This document shows positions 8,642 to 18,067 of a stretch of 37,669 bases of DNA, piece after piece. Each line of letters opens with the position of its first letter. The stretch's first letter is position 1. The DNA is from Candidatus Shapirobacteria bacterium (GTDB lineage Bacteria > Patescibacteriota > Microgenomatia > UBA12405): NCBI GenBank assembly GCA_003250375.1, contig QKGR01000053.1:1-37669 (forward strand), given 5' to 3'. The notes below the pieces were generated by a model, which saw only the letters and a program-made list of their open reading frames with translations, was not told where the DNA came from and searched no databases. Position numbers and translations under genes: made by a program.

Positions 8642-9505
8642 CTATATATTTGTGGAGATAATCTTAAAACAATCCCCTTTTGAAACACCTAAACCGATAT
8701 TAAATCCGCTCCCTTGACTCTCTTCCATAAATGGCAATTCGACACTAAAGTCATGCTTAGGTACGAACGTTTCTTTTATACCATCGAATAAATATGTGAC
8801 CGATGGATTAATTATCAACTTTGATGAGTTTTTACCAGTAAAGACGGGAGAGATATTAAATGTTATATAGTTATCAGTTTGAATTTCGCCGGATGATCTA
8901 GCGAATATTTCTGAACCCTTTCTTGGATATAAGCGGATTGTGTTTAAATCTCCATCAAGAATATTAATTGTGTAATACTCTTCCGGCTTCTTGTTAGTTT
9001 TGTCTCCATAGCTAAAAAATAATGTAGGATTCTTACTATTATTCGTCTTGTCTAAAAGAGAGAAGACAATAGTAATCTCTTGATTAGCCTTAAGTTTGGT
9101 CTTTGACCATACTGCCCAATTTGGAAAACCGGGAAATCCAGGGCAATAAAAACCATTCTCATCTGCGATGAAATCTTTTTTATAAAAATTCCACTTTTCT
9201 TTATCAAAATTTGTTTCGATCTGGTTAATTTTGTTTACTTCTGTCGTGGCAGTATTTAGGGGTACAGCGTTGTCTTGATTGACCATTTTGTTATCGACAG
9301 CACATATTTGATTATTGCTTTGGCTCTGGTTATTGATTATTTTCGTAGAAGTTTGCACTGAACTAAAGTAGGCGATAACAGCCGGGATAATTGCAATTAA
9401 TAATTTGGTAAAGTTATTCGATTCTTTAGAGAATAGCCACAATCTTATGCCTGATTTAATATTCATTCTTTTTTCACTGTTATTCTTAGACATAATATTA
9501 AACAA
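8642..9505 (-). CDS. Hypothetical membrane-anchored beta-rich protein (start uncertain: 9505 TTG or 9493 ATG)
   Basis: 287 aa ORF with one N-terminal hydrophobic segment. AT-rich. Confidence 0.7.
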   Translation of the reverse strand: MFNIMSKNNSEKRMNIKSGIRLWLFSKESNNFTKLLIAIIPAVIAYFSSVQTSTKIINNQSQSNNQICAVDNKMVNQDNAVPLNTATTEVNKINQIETNFDKEKWNFYKKDFIADENGFYCPGFPGFPNWAVWSKTKLKANQEITIVFSLLDKTNNSKNPTLFFSYGDKTNKKPEEYYTINILDGDLNTIRLYPRKGSEIFARSSGEIQTDNYITFNISPVFTGKNSSKLIINPSVTYLFDGIKETFVPKHDFSVELPFMEESQGSGFNIGLGVSKGDCFKIISTNI

Positions 9506-9646
9506 ATGACACTAGTATAGAGCTTGAATTTTGCATATCTTATTTATACTCTCTCATAGATAAAGTTATAAGGATAGAAAGGTTTCATATCCAGCTACTC
9601 CGTACTTGTGAACAATTAATTGAGGATATTCGTGATATGATATTGA

Positions 9647-9946
9647 ATGAAATATTTCAAAGATTCAAATCAGTTCGGTAAAAAACGAAGTTTTAATAAT
9701 AGAAACAACGACAGACAAATGTACCCTGCCGTGTGCGGCAAATGTGGTCGAGATTGCCAAGTACCCTTCCAACCTACCGGTGCCAAAGAAGTGCTGTGCA
9801 GCGACTGTTTTGAGCAAAGCGGTGGAAAAAGCCGAGCAAAGTCTTTTGGACCAAGAAGAGAGGAACATCATCATCAAGGTAATTTTCAACTTGATGCCAT
9901 AAATGCTAAATTGGACAGAATCTTGGAAATTCTTGAGCGACAATAA
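9647..9946 (+). CDS. CxxC-x17-CxxC zinc-binding domain protein
   Basis: CGKCGRDCQVPFQPTGAKEVLCSDCF, with C-terminal INAKLDRILEIL. Confidence 0.9.
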   Translation: MKYFKDSNQFGKKRSFNNRNNDRQMYPAVCGKCGRDCQVPFQPTGAKEVLCSDCFEQSGGKSRAKSFGPRREEHHHQGNFQLDAINAKLDRILEILERQ

Positions 9947-9998
9947 TCTAAAACTACGTTTTATTTTTTGCCGATTTAACGACATTGTATAATTAGGC

Positions 9999-10742
9999 AT
10001 GGTTGGGAAGAAAAGTATGCAAGTAGCTGCAATACATTATGATTTTTGGGATATATGGACGGATATTACCCCTATTGAGAAAAAGGCAATAGAAGTGACT
10101 ATTAGGGCGCGGGATAAAGTAATTTCATCAGTGCCAAAGGAGGAACTAATAGCAATTTATGTGAAAGGTAGCTTTGTGAGACGGGAAATGAACGAAGGTA
10201 GCGATGTTGATATGGTGCCAATAGTTTTACACACTTCTTTTGAGGGAAGAGCGTTTGGGGTGAATGATAATGATATTGATCCAGTAATGGTCGTACCGTT
10301 GTCGATTGAGGAATTTGAAAGTAATGAATTAGCGACAAAAAGTGACCTATCAATTGACCTGAGGGCGAAGCCGGACAGATTTCTTAGAATGTTGGACGAA
10401 AGTAGAATTATTTTTGGACAGAAAATAGAACCAGGTAATTATCCAATCAGGAGTGATGCTGAGGCATATAAAGATGAAATTGAAATTATTTTGAATGGCT
10501 ATGTCCCCCAGTTTTTGGAAGGCAAGATTGATTTTTCTCCTCTGCTTAAAGAGTTTTTCTGGATGACGGAAATGGAGTTGGCTTCCAAAGGTGTGTCTGT
10601 TCCACATACTTTTTTGGGGATAGCTGAAGCATCGCCAGCAAGCCATTTGATTCACGAGGCATTAAGATTAAGAGAAAGTGGAAAATTGGATAGAGAATCT
10701 GGTGTTAGATTTGTGCAAAAATTACAGGAATTTTTGAGATAG
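9999..10742 (+). CDS. Nucleotidyltransferase (Pol-beta superfamily) domain protein
   Basis: IYVKGSFVRREMNEGSDVDMV fits hGS-x10-DxD, followed by a helical C-terminal domain. Confidence 0.8.
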   Translation: MVGKKSMQVAAIHYDFWDIWTDITPIEKKAIEVTIRARDKVISSVPKEELIAIYVKGSFVRREMNEGSDVDMVPIVLHTSFEGRAFGVNDNDIDPVMVVPLSIEEFESNELATKSDLSIDLRAKPDRFLRMLDESRIIFGQKIEPGNYPIRSDAEAYKDEIEIILNGYVPQFLEGKIDFSPLLKEFFWMTEMELASKGVSVPHTFLGIAEASPASHLIHEALRLRESGKLDRESGVRFVQKLQEFLR

Positions 10743-10779
10743 ATATATAGTTAAAGTTGGTTTCGAGATAAAGATGTTG

Positions 10780-11157
10780 TTATTTAAGTGTTTTTCCGGA
10801 ATGCAGATGAAAATGTATTTGGCCGATTTCTTGACGATCGCCTCCATTGGTTAATATTGAATAACCAGATTTATCCCAGCCCAAATCTAAAACTATATCT
10901 TTAGTTACTAAATAAAGCTCGGAAATATATTCAGAATCTTCTTTGGTAAGTTCGGTAATAGATTTAATGGCTTTTTTGGGAACGATAAGAATGTGCTTTT
11001 CCCAATAAGGTTTGGGGTGCCAAAAAGCAATTACTTTATCGGTTTCTTTAATTCTTTTGACTGGAAGAAATTTGCTAAATTTTCCAAAAGCTAACCCAAC
11101 AACTAAATCTCCTATGGGTGATTTTGCTAATTCAAAAATATTTTTTGAAAGATTCAT
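10780..11157 (-). CDS. HIT family nucleotide hydrolase
   Basis: HILIVPKK and QEIGQIHFHLH histidine triad. Confidence 0.9.
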   Translation of the reverse strand: MNLSKNIFELAKSPIGDLVVGLAFGKFSKFLPVKRIKETDKVIAFWHPKPYWEKHILIVPKKAIKSITELTKEDSEYISELYLVTKDIVLDLGWDKSGYSILTNGGDRQEIGQIHFHLHSGKTLK

Positions 11158-11215
11158 TAGGTAAATTATAGATTAAGAAGATAGTTGCTACGATGCACGA
11201 TCTATTCCGTTCTTA

Positions 11216-11806
11216 TTAAGATTTTTCGACAGAGAGATTGGTTTTTTTGACAATCAGATAAATATAAATAAGATCGAAGATGGAACAAAGTAGCCCAACG
11301 ACAAGAATAAAGGGGCGATACACTATAAGACCCATTAGTATTGATGGTGCGAGAGTTCCAATCCATTTTGCAAGGGCGATGGAAAAACTTTGGCCAAGGG
11401 AACCATGGGTAGAATACATTTGAATAAAGAGAATGCTCATTAGAAGATTTTGAAGGAAGGCGGAATAGTAGACAGCCATGCTTTTGAACTCAAAAATAAA
11501 GAGGAGTTGGAGAATAATTGAGGTGGTAAAAACTAGTAGCGACCATATTGGTGAGTTTTTGGTGTACTTGAAATAAAGATAGACAATGAAAGCATCAGCC
11601 AAAAACCAAATGAGGTTGACGAAGGCCTGAGGACTAATACTTGTGGAAGTAAAACCACGATAGGTATAAATCCCCTCCCAGGCGATATTTAGAGCTAGGG
11701 CAAATAAGGGCATGCCGACGAACTTTTGCTTGAGTGCTAAACGAATAATTTGTATGTAGACTATCGTCCAAGCAATACCACTAAGAAGTGATAAAAATAT
11801 ATCCAT
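11216..11806 (-). CDS. PaxB/Pyr4-like integral-membrane terpene cyclase homologue
   Basis: About 7 TM. Motifs W-x3-Y, GMPLFALALNIAWE (Glu44), GQS...AKWIGT and FDLIY (Asp178). Confidence 0.75.
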   Translation of the reverse strand: MDIFLSLLSGIAWTIVYIQIIRLALKQKFVGMPLFALALNIAWEGIYTYRGFTSTSISPQAFVNLIWFLADAFIVYLYFKYTKNSPIWSLLVFTTSIILQLLFIFEFKSMAVYYSAFLQNLLMSILFIQMYSTHGSLGQSFSIALAKWIGTLAPSILMGLIVYRPFILVVGLLCSIFDLIYIYLIVKKTNLSVEKS

Positions 11807-11890
11807 ATGAGCAATTATATATGGAGATTATGGGGAGAGAAAGATAATAACTGTCTACTGTCTTTGTTTGTGATGATTGTATAATTAGGC

Positions 11891-12412
11891 ATGGGAAGTA
11901 TTAAATGGAAGTTACTTGGAAAGAAAATAATTTTTGAATCGAAATGGCTAACAATTGAAGACCGATCATATGAATTACCAGATGGTACAAAAGTCGATAA
12001 CTACTATCATTTGAATAGGCCGGATTATGTATTGATTTTAGCTTTAGACGAGCAAGATAAACTTGTAGTAGAAAGACAATACCGAAGAGGGGTGGATGAT
12101 TTTGTGTATGAACTACCTGCAGGGTGGATAAATGAAGGAGAGACAGCAATTGATGCTGCCAAAAGGGAATTAAAGGAAGAAACTGGCTATAATGCAGAAG
12201 GGAATGAGGTTTATGAGCTTTATCCACAACCAGGATTCAGCTCAATGAAGGCTAAAGTGGTGATATTGAGAATTAGTAAAAAAGGAGACGCCAATCTGGA
12301 AAGCGATGAGAATTTGACATATAGAATGCTTGGAATGAATGAGATAAAGAGAATGATTCGAAACAATGAAATTAAGGATATGGGTTTTTTGTCGGCGCTT
12401 AATTATGTTTAA
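11891..12412 (+). CDS. Nudix hydrolase, ADP-ribose pyrophosphatase-like
   Basis: QYRRG...ELPAGWINEGETAIDAAKRELKEETGY...PQPGFS. Confidence 0.9.
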   Translation: MGSIKWKLLGKKIIFESKWLTIEDRSYELPDGTKVDNYYHLNRPDYVLILALDEQDKLVVERQYRRGVDDFVYELPAGWINEGETAIDAAKRELKEETGYNAEGNEVYELYPQPGFSSMKAKVVILRISKKGDANLESDENLTYRMLGMNEIKRMIRNNEIKDMGFLSALNYV

Positions 12413-12442
12413 ATGAAATTTGTTCTAGTTGTATAATTGAGA

Positions 12443-12919
12443 ATGAATGAAATTGTTTCGACGACGAATGTATTTATTAAGCAAGGTAATAAGTTTTTAG
12501 TTTTGAGACGAGGGAAAGATGTGGATGTTTTTAGGGAATTCATAATGGGTCCGGGAGGAAAACAAGATGATGGTGAAGGAGTTCATGAAACGGCAGCAAG
12601 AGAAATGCTTGAAGAAACCGGACTACAAATTAAAGAATTAAAACTTCGAGTAATTGGAACTCACAATCATTCGTATAAAAACAAAACATACTTGGTTTTT
12701 GTTTTTGTGGCAGAATACGACAAAGGTGAATTAATTGACAGTAATGAAGGTAATTTGGAATGGCTGACAATAGAAGAACTGTTGAATGAAGAAAAATTAT
12801 GGGCAGACTTAAAAATTTACCTTCCACATATTATTGGAAACGACACACACATTATGTCTTCATATTTGGAATATAACGATAAATTCGAGATAGTAGATTC
12901 ACGGATTGATTATTGCTAA
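12443..12919 (+). CDS. Nudix hydrolase, MutT/MTH1-like
   Basis: PGGKQDDGEGVHETAAREMLEETGL, EGNLEW, LWAD. ATG lies 5 nt after TATAAT. Confidence 0.88.
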   Translation: MNEIVSTTNVFIKQGNKFLVLRRGKDVDVFREFIMGPGGKQDDGEGVHETAAREMLEETGLQIKELKLRVIGTHNHSYKNKTYLVFVFVAEYDKGELIDSNEGNLEWLTIEELLNEEKLWADLKIYLPHIIGNDTHIMSSYLEYNDKFEIVDSRIDYC

Positions 12920-13009
12920 TTTATATTAGTACTGTCGGATCGATATGAGTTTACTACGGATACCTGAAAAGCTATGGAGAAAAGACAGAAAGTCCGTATA
13001 TAATTAGTT

Positions 13010-13657
13010 GTGCTTGAAGAATACAAGGTTTCGGAAAAGGAGATAGTTCGAAGAGAGAAGGCGTTTTTGGCTTTGACGCTGAGTCTGTTTTTGGGGATAT
13101 GGTTGGCGTCGATAATTCTAAGTTTTCCAATTTCCAAATATATTTTCGGATGTGTGGCAGTAGTTTTTGTAGTGTTGAATTTGTGGCTAAAAAAGTTTTT
13201 TGATGATTATTTGAAATCTAAAATTTATTTGTCCGATGATTTGATAGCTAGAGAAAAAGGAAAAAGAAGAGTGGAATTTCGATTGAAGGTTATTAAAGAA
13301 ATTAAAATTAAGAGGACGACTAGAAATGAGATTAGAGAAGTTTACTTGAAGTTCTTGGGAGGAGAAAGTTTGTTTATTAATGGAATGAGTGAGTTTGATG
13401 AATTGGTGGAGAGTTTGATGAAAAAAATTGATAAAATGGTACAAGTAAAGAATAGTGTTGAGATTATGGACTTTGACGGAGTGTGGTTCTACCCTACTTT
13501 AGGATTAATTTTGAGTTTTCTGACTGTTGGCTTGTTTAAACTAATGATGAATATGGGCGATGCGGCGCTGACAATATTGTTTTATGTGGCGGTGGTTTAT
13601 GTGTTTGGTGTAGCCTTGTATTTGGTAATTTCGAAACCGATAGCAAAGAGATATTAG
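13010..13657 (+). CDS. Hypothetical membrane protein (2 TM, soluble domain, 2 TM)
   Basis: 215 aa ORF with GTG start 5 nt after TATAAT. Confidence 0.7.
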   Translation: MLEEYKVSEKEIVRREKAFLALTLSLFLGIWLASIILSFPISKYIFGCVAVVFVVLNLWLKKFFDDYLKSKIYLSDDLIAREKGKRRVEFRLKVIKEIKIKRTTRNEIREVYLKFLGGESLFINGMSEFDELVESLMKKIDKMVQVKNSVEIMDFDGVWFYPTLGLILSFLTVGLFKLMMNMGDAALTILFYVAVVYVFGVALYLVISKPIAKRY

Positions 13658-13671
13658 TTTATAATGTTGTT

Positions 13672-13869
13672 ATGGATTTATTAAGCTTTTATCTTGGCAC
13701 TAGATACTCGAAGTTAAAGAAGGATCAGAGGACGGGTTTTTTGTTGACTTGGTTGGTAATACCTATGGTGCTGAGCACTGGAATTATTTCACTACTATTG
13801 AAAGACATTGTGCTTGGGATTGTAGTGGGGTTAGTTTTGACTTTTGTACTGGGGAGAATAAGAAGATAA
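13672..13869 (+). CDS. Small 2-TM membrane protein
   Basis: 65 aa ORF with TATAAT 6 nt upstream of the ATG. Confidence 0.6.
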   Translation: MDLLSFYLGTRYSKLKKDQRTGFLLTWLVIPMVLSTGIISLLLKDIVLGIVVGLVLTFVLGRIRR

Positions 13870-13910
13870 GTGTTTGTCACTTAATTGCCTTTTTTAAGGT
13901 AAAATAACTT

Positions 13911-15101
13911 GTGTTGAAAACAGACAAGAATGTAAGGATAGCTTATATACTTTCTTTTTTGAGTGAATTATATTTTCCTATTTCAGTTTGGTTGTTTTAT
14001 TATTTGAGATTTCTTGACTTCAAACAGATTGGAATACTGACAGCAGTTAAATTAATATCATCAAATTTATTCGAAGTACCAACGGGAGTGTTTGCAGACA
14101 CTTTTGGTAGAAGAACTTCTATTGTGATTTCGTTTTTCTTATATGGCCTGGTAATGCTTGGTTTTGCAAATATTTCGGTATTTTGGATGTTTATAGTGCT
14201 AGATATTCTTAAAGCATTGAGCAATGCGTTTTTGTCGGGAAGTTTGGAGGCTTTAGTATATGATTCTCTTAAAGAAAAGGGACAAGAACAATCATACGAC
14301 AAGGTGGTGGCCAATATGGAATCTTTGGCATGGTTGGGATTATTTATCTCGGCGATTGGAGGAGGTTTTCTTTATTTCTACTGGTTTAGATCACCATATA
14401 TTTTGCAAGGAATATTGTACCTCAGTGCCTCAATTGTAGCTCTTGGATTAACGGAACCGAAAATTGATTCAGAAAAATTTGCTATATCTGATTTGATTTC
14501 AATAAACACTGTTGGATTTAAAGAACTGTTTGCAAACTTAAGAATTTCGCAACTATCAACTGTTTTTATTACACTCGGAGCCGGATATTTCTTTGCTTCT
14601 GAAATGTTGGGAATTTCGCAAGCAAAAGAATATGGAATGGACTCAAGAGGCGTGGGGTTCTTATTTGGAGTGGGGTACATAGTGTCGGCCTTGGCTTCAC
14701 AATTTTATCCAAAACTAAAAGAAAAATTTGGGTCAAATAGACTGATTTTTGTGTGCGCCGGAATATTAACTTTATCATTTGTTCTGGCTAAATGGGTAGG
14801 AATATTTATGGGATCGATACTTATAATGGCTAGAATATCCAGCTCAACCACTTTTCGAAATAGCAGATCGAGCGTAATTAATGGATTGATTAGCTCCAAG
14901 AATAGAGCAACAACAATATCTACATTAGTATTATTATCCCAAGCTCCTATGGCTTTTTTGGCGTATTTTATGGGTAATTATGTAGATAATAATACAGCCA
15001 ATTCACTAGCGTGGATATTGGGGCTTGTGATGCTTGGAGTATTAGCGGGGCAAGCAATGTTCTTTAAAATAGCTAAACAGAAGAGTTTGGCAGTAGAATA
15101 A
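13911..15101 (+). CDS. MFS transporter
   Basis: EVPTGVFADTFGRR (motif A), SGSLEALVYDSL, about 12 TM. Confidence 0.92.
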   Translation: MLKTDKNVRIAYILSFLSELYFPISVWLFYYLRFLDFKQIGILTAVKLISSNLFEVPTGVFADTFGRRTSIVISFFLYGLVMLGFANISVFWMFIVLDILKALSNAFLSGSLEALVYDSLKEKGQEQSYDKVVANMESLAWLGLFISAIGGGFLYFYWFRSPYILQGILYLSASIVALGLTEPKIDSEKFAISDLISINTVGFKELFANLRISQLSTVFITLGAGYFFASEMLGISQAKEYGMDSRGVGFLFGVGYIVSALASQFYPKLKEKFGSNRLIFVCAGILTLSFVLAKWVGIFMGSILIMARISSSTTFRNSRSSVINGLISSKNRATTISTLVLLSQAPMAFLAYFMGNYVDNNTANSLAWILGLVMLGVLAGQAMFFKIAKQKSLAVE

Positions 15102-15106
15102 ACAAA

Positions 15107-15379
15107 ATGAGTAAGAATTTTAATTTTCAAGTTAATACGAGCTTTAATTCTAATTTTGGGAATAAGAAAAAGCGAAAGAGTCAGAAAATGACGGCACAGC
15201 AGGAGTATTGGCTAAATCGAATACTTAGGGATCATTCGAAGCAAATTTTTATTGTGCTGGTACTGTTTTTGTTGATGAATATTGTGGCCGTTGGGGCGAT
15301 GATGTATTTTGGATATACAGGCGAGAACGCAAAGACAGAGAAGAATGTGGGAGTGTTCAATATTCAGCTGTCGAATTAA
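15107..15379 (+). CDS. Hypothetical single-TM protein
   Basis: 90 aa ORF with TAGAAT 7 nt upstream of the ATG. Confidence 0.6.
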   Translation: MSKNFNFQVNTSFNSNFGNKKKRKSQKMTAQQEYWLNRILRDHSKQIFIVLVLFLLMNIVAVGAMMYFGYTGENAKTEKNVGVFNIQLSN

Positions 15380-15434
15380 TTAAGAGCGGAAGATATTGAC
15401 CTTTTTGAATTAGGAATGGATAATTGATGGAGAT

Positions 15435-16190
15435 ATGAAAAAGAAAACTAATTGGAAACTGATAGGGAAAATGTTGTTGGTGTGCATAATAACGACATTT
15501 ATGGTGTTGCCCTACACCTTAGCTTTGAGCCCTGAAATTGCGAAATTGTTTACACCATTAGTTTATGTAGTACAGATAGTTCAAAGTGGAATATTATTTG
15601 GAGGAGCAATATTTTTTGGGCTTAAATTAGCTAAAAAAACTGGATTTGGGATGGAAGTATGGGAAGGAGCGAAGCCAATTAGTTGGTTGAGGTCGGTGGC
15701 TAAAATTTCGGTTGGATTGGGAGTGCTGGCAGGAATATTGATAATTTTGCTGAGTGTACTATTTGGAAGCATGTCGGTGGATTTTTTGAGAGCAGAAGTG
15801 GAAGTGGCAAGATGGAAATCAATTTTGGCGTCGTTTTATGGAGGAATTGGAGAAGAAGTGCTATTCAGATTGTTCGTGATGAATTTGCTGGTGTGGATAA
15901 TGATGAAAATTAAGAAAGAGAAGGAAGGAAAAGCGAGTGCAGTGAGTGTGTGGGTGGGAAATGTTTTAACTTCGGTACTGTTTGGATTGGGGCATTTGGG
16001 AATTACGGGTAGTATGACGACAATTACGGGACCGGTGGTACTGAGAGCAATTTTGCTGAATGGTGTGGGAGGAACAATATTTGGTTGGTTGTACTGGAAA
16101 AAAGGTTTGGAGTCGGCAATGATAGCCCATTTCTCGGCAGACATAGTGATTCATGTGATTACACCAATAGTGGGTGGATGGTTGGTGTAA
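15435..16190 (+). CDS. CPBP (Abi/CAAX type II) intramembrane protease
   Basis: GEEVLFR, FGLGH and AHFSAD motifs. Preceded by TTGACC-17-GATAAT and a GGAG SD. Confidence 0.9.
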   Translation: MKKKTNWKLIGKMLLVCIITTFMVLPYTLALSPEIAKLFTPLVYVVQIVQSGILFGGAIFFGLKLAKKTGFGMEVWEGAKPISWLRSVAKISVGLGVLAGILIILLSVLFGSMSVDFLRAEVEVARWKSILASFYGGIGEEVLFRLFVMNLLVWIMMKIKKEKEGKASAVSVWVGNVLTSVLFGLGHLGITGSMTTITGPVVLRAILLNGVGGTIFGWLYWKKGLESAMIAHFSADIVIHVITPIVGGWLV

Positions 16191-16196
16191 GAAGAA

Positions 16197-17405
16197 TTAT
16201 TCGTAGCGGAGAGCATCAATCGGATTGAGTTTGGCGGCTTTTTGGGCTGGATAATAACCAAAAAAGGTACCAATTCCTAAAGTAACAGCTAGTGACAAGA
16301 AATAACTCCACCAGACAGCTATGGCTGAAATTTCGAATTTAATTAGTAGATAATAAACCAAGAATGAAAAAATAATACCGATAATGTAGCCAAGAAGACT
16401 CATAATAAGAGCTTCAAAAAGAAACTGTATTAGAATATGTTCTTCTTTGGCCCCAATGGCTTTTCGAATACCAATTTCTTTGGTTCTTTCGGTAACAGTG
16501 ACATACATAATGTTCATAATACCAATGCCGCCAACTAGTAAGACAACAATACCTACGGCAGCAAGCAAAATGGCCATGGTTCGAGAAGAACCTACAGCAG
16601 ACGAAACAGTAGTACCCATGTCGCGGACTCTAAAATCATCGTTCATGCCTGGTTTTAGATTGTGAGATTGACGTAGAACTGTAGAAATTTCATCGATGGC
16701 GGTGGGGATTGAAGCAACATCTTTGGCTTGAGCATTGATATTAAAACGACCATTTATACCAAGAATGTAGCGATTGGCCACTGAATATGGAGTAAAAATA
16801 CTATCGTCGATAGTGGTAGGACCAACAGTGCCACCCTTATATTCCAAAAGCCCAATAACTTGATACTCTTTTTTGCCAACCATGATACTTTTTCCAACAA
16901 CATCGGCCGTACGACTGCCAAACAATTCTTCAGCGACAACAGCACCAAGAACAACAACCTTATTTCTTTGTTCATCATCTTCGGAGGTAAAGAATCGACC
17001 CTGAAGTAGGTTTAAATTGGCGAGAGTTTGAAAACCGGGATCAGTACCAAGAACGGCGAGATTGCTTGAATTTCCTTGATACTGCATTTGAACTCGACCG
17101 GATAATTGAGGGACAACTATGAGCAGACTTTGAATGGGAGTAAGCTCAGAAACATCTTTGTAACTTAATTTAGATTTGGCGCCCTCAACAGTAGAGGGGG
17201 CGTTGATGAGAATGGTAGTGACACTGAGGCTAGAGTATTGTTGTTCAATTTCTTTTTTGGCACCTTGACCGAGAGCAACGACAATAACAATAGTTAATGA
17301 ACCAATAATAATCCCCAACATGGTAAGAAAAGAACGAGTAGGATTGGCGACTAGTGATTTCCAAGCAAGACGGAAAGTTTTTAGGATTATTGAAGTACTG
17401 GTCAT
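16197..17405 (-). CDS. MacB-like ABC transporter permease
   Basis: RSFLTMLGIIIG, GGIGIMNIMYVTVTERTKEIGIRKAIGA, PIDALRYE. Confidence 0.95.
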   Translation of the reverse strand: MTSTSIILKTFRLAWKSLVANPTRSFLTMLGIIIGSLTIVIVVALGQGAKKEIEQQYSSLSVTTILINAPSTVEGAKSKLSYKDVSELTPIQSLLIVVPQLSGRVQMQYQGNSSNLAVLGTDPGFQTLANLNLLQGRFFTSEDDEQRNKVVVLGAVVAEELFGSRTADVVGKSIMVGKKEYQVIGLLEYKGGTVGPTTIDDSIFTPYSVANRYILGINGRFNINAQAKDVASIPTAIDEISTVLRQSHNLKPGMNDDFRVRDMGTTVSSAVGSSRTMAILLAAVGIVVLLVGGIGIMNIMYVTVTERTKEIGIRKAIGAKEEHILIQFLFEALIMSLLGYIIGIIFSFLVYYLLIKFEISAIAVWWSYFLSLAVTLGIGTFFGYYPAQKAAKLNPIDALRYE

Positions 17406-18067
17406 GTGATTTTGCCGTCGGAAAGATTGATAATTCGATGAGCCATTTTGGCAATATTGCGATCGTGAGTAACCATTAGAATAGTTTTTTTGTCTTTTTG
17501 ATTGAGTTGAACAATAATATTCATAATTTCTTGACCAGTTTTACTATCGAGTGCACCGGTTGGTTCGTCGGCAAGAATTAAATCGGGATTATTAAGAAGT
17601 GAACGAGCGATGGCAACTCTTTGTCGCTGACCACCAGAGAGCTCGTTGGGGCGACGATTTAGTTTTTGATCAAGTCCCAACAAATTAAGAAGTTCGTGGG
17701 CTTTGGAAATGTTTTCCTGACCAAGATAGAAACCAGGTAAAAGGACATTTTCGAGTACAGATAAATTGGGGATTAAATTGAAGTTCTGAAAAATAAAACC
17801 TAAATTACGATTTCTAATTTCGGCTAATTTTGAAGAGGAAAAGCGAGAGACATCGGTAGAATCAAATAAATACTGACCGCTTGTAGGAGTATCGAGACAG
17901 CCAATTATATTGAGTAAGGTTGATTTTCCACTTCCAGAAGGACCCATGAGAGCAATGAAGTCTCCCCTATTAATTTGAAGATCGATTCCTTGAAGAACAG
18001 GATATAAAGTGCCGGATATTTCGTAAGATTTACGAATATCTTTTAGTTGGAGAAGAGGATTGCTCAT
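17402..18067 (-). CDS. MacB/LolD-type ABC ATP-binding protein
   Basis: GPSGSGKST, LSGGQRQRVAIAR, ADEPTGALD. ATGA overlaps with both neighbours. Confidence 0.95.
   Translation of the reverse strand: MSNPLLQLKDIRKSYEISGTLYPVLQGIDLQINRGDFIALMGPSGSGKSTLLNIIGCLDTPTSGQYLFDSTDVSRFSSSKLAEIRNRNLGFIFQNFNLIPNLSVLENVLLPGFYLGQENISKAHELLNLLGLDQKLNRRPNELSGGQRQRVAIARSLLNNPDLILADEPTGALDSKTGQEIMNIIVQLNQKDKKTILMVTHDRNIAKMAHRIINLSDGKIT

Noticed and set aside
9999-10742. MNT-HEPN toxin-antitoxin or CBASS cyclase
   Set aside because: There is no adjacent HEPN (Rx4-6H) or effector gene, and only the generic Pol-beta motif is visible.
9947-16196. Integron cassette array explaining the run of single-gene units
   Set aside because: No attC-like RYYYAAC...GTTRRRY inverted repeats were recognised in the spacers and no integrase is present. 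The genes have their own promoters and mixed orientation.
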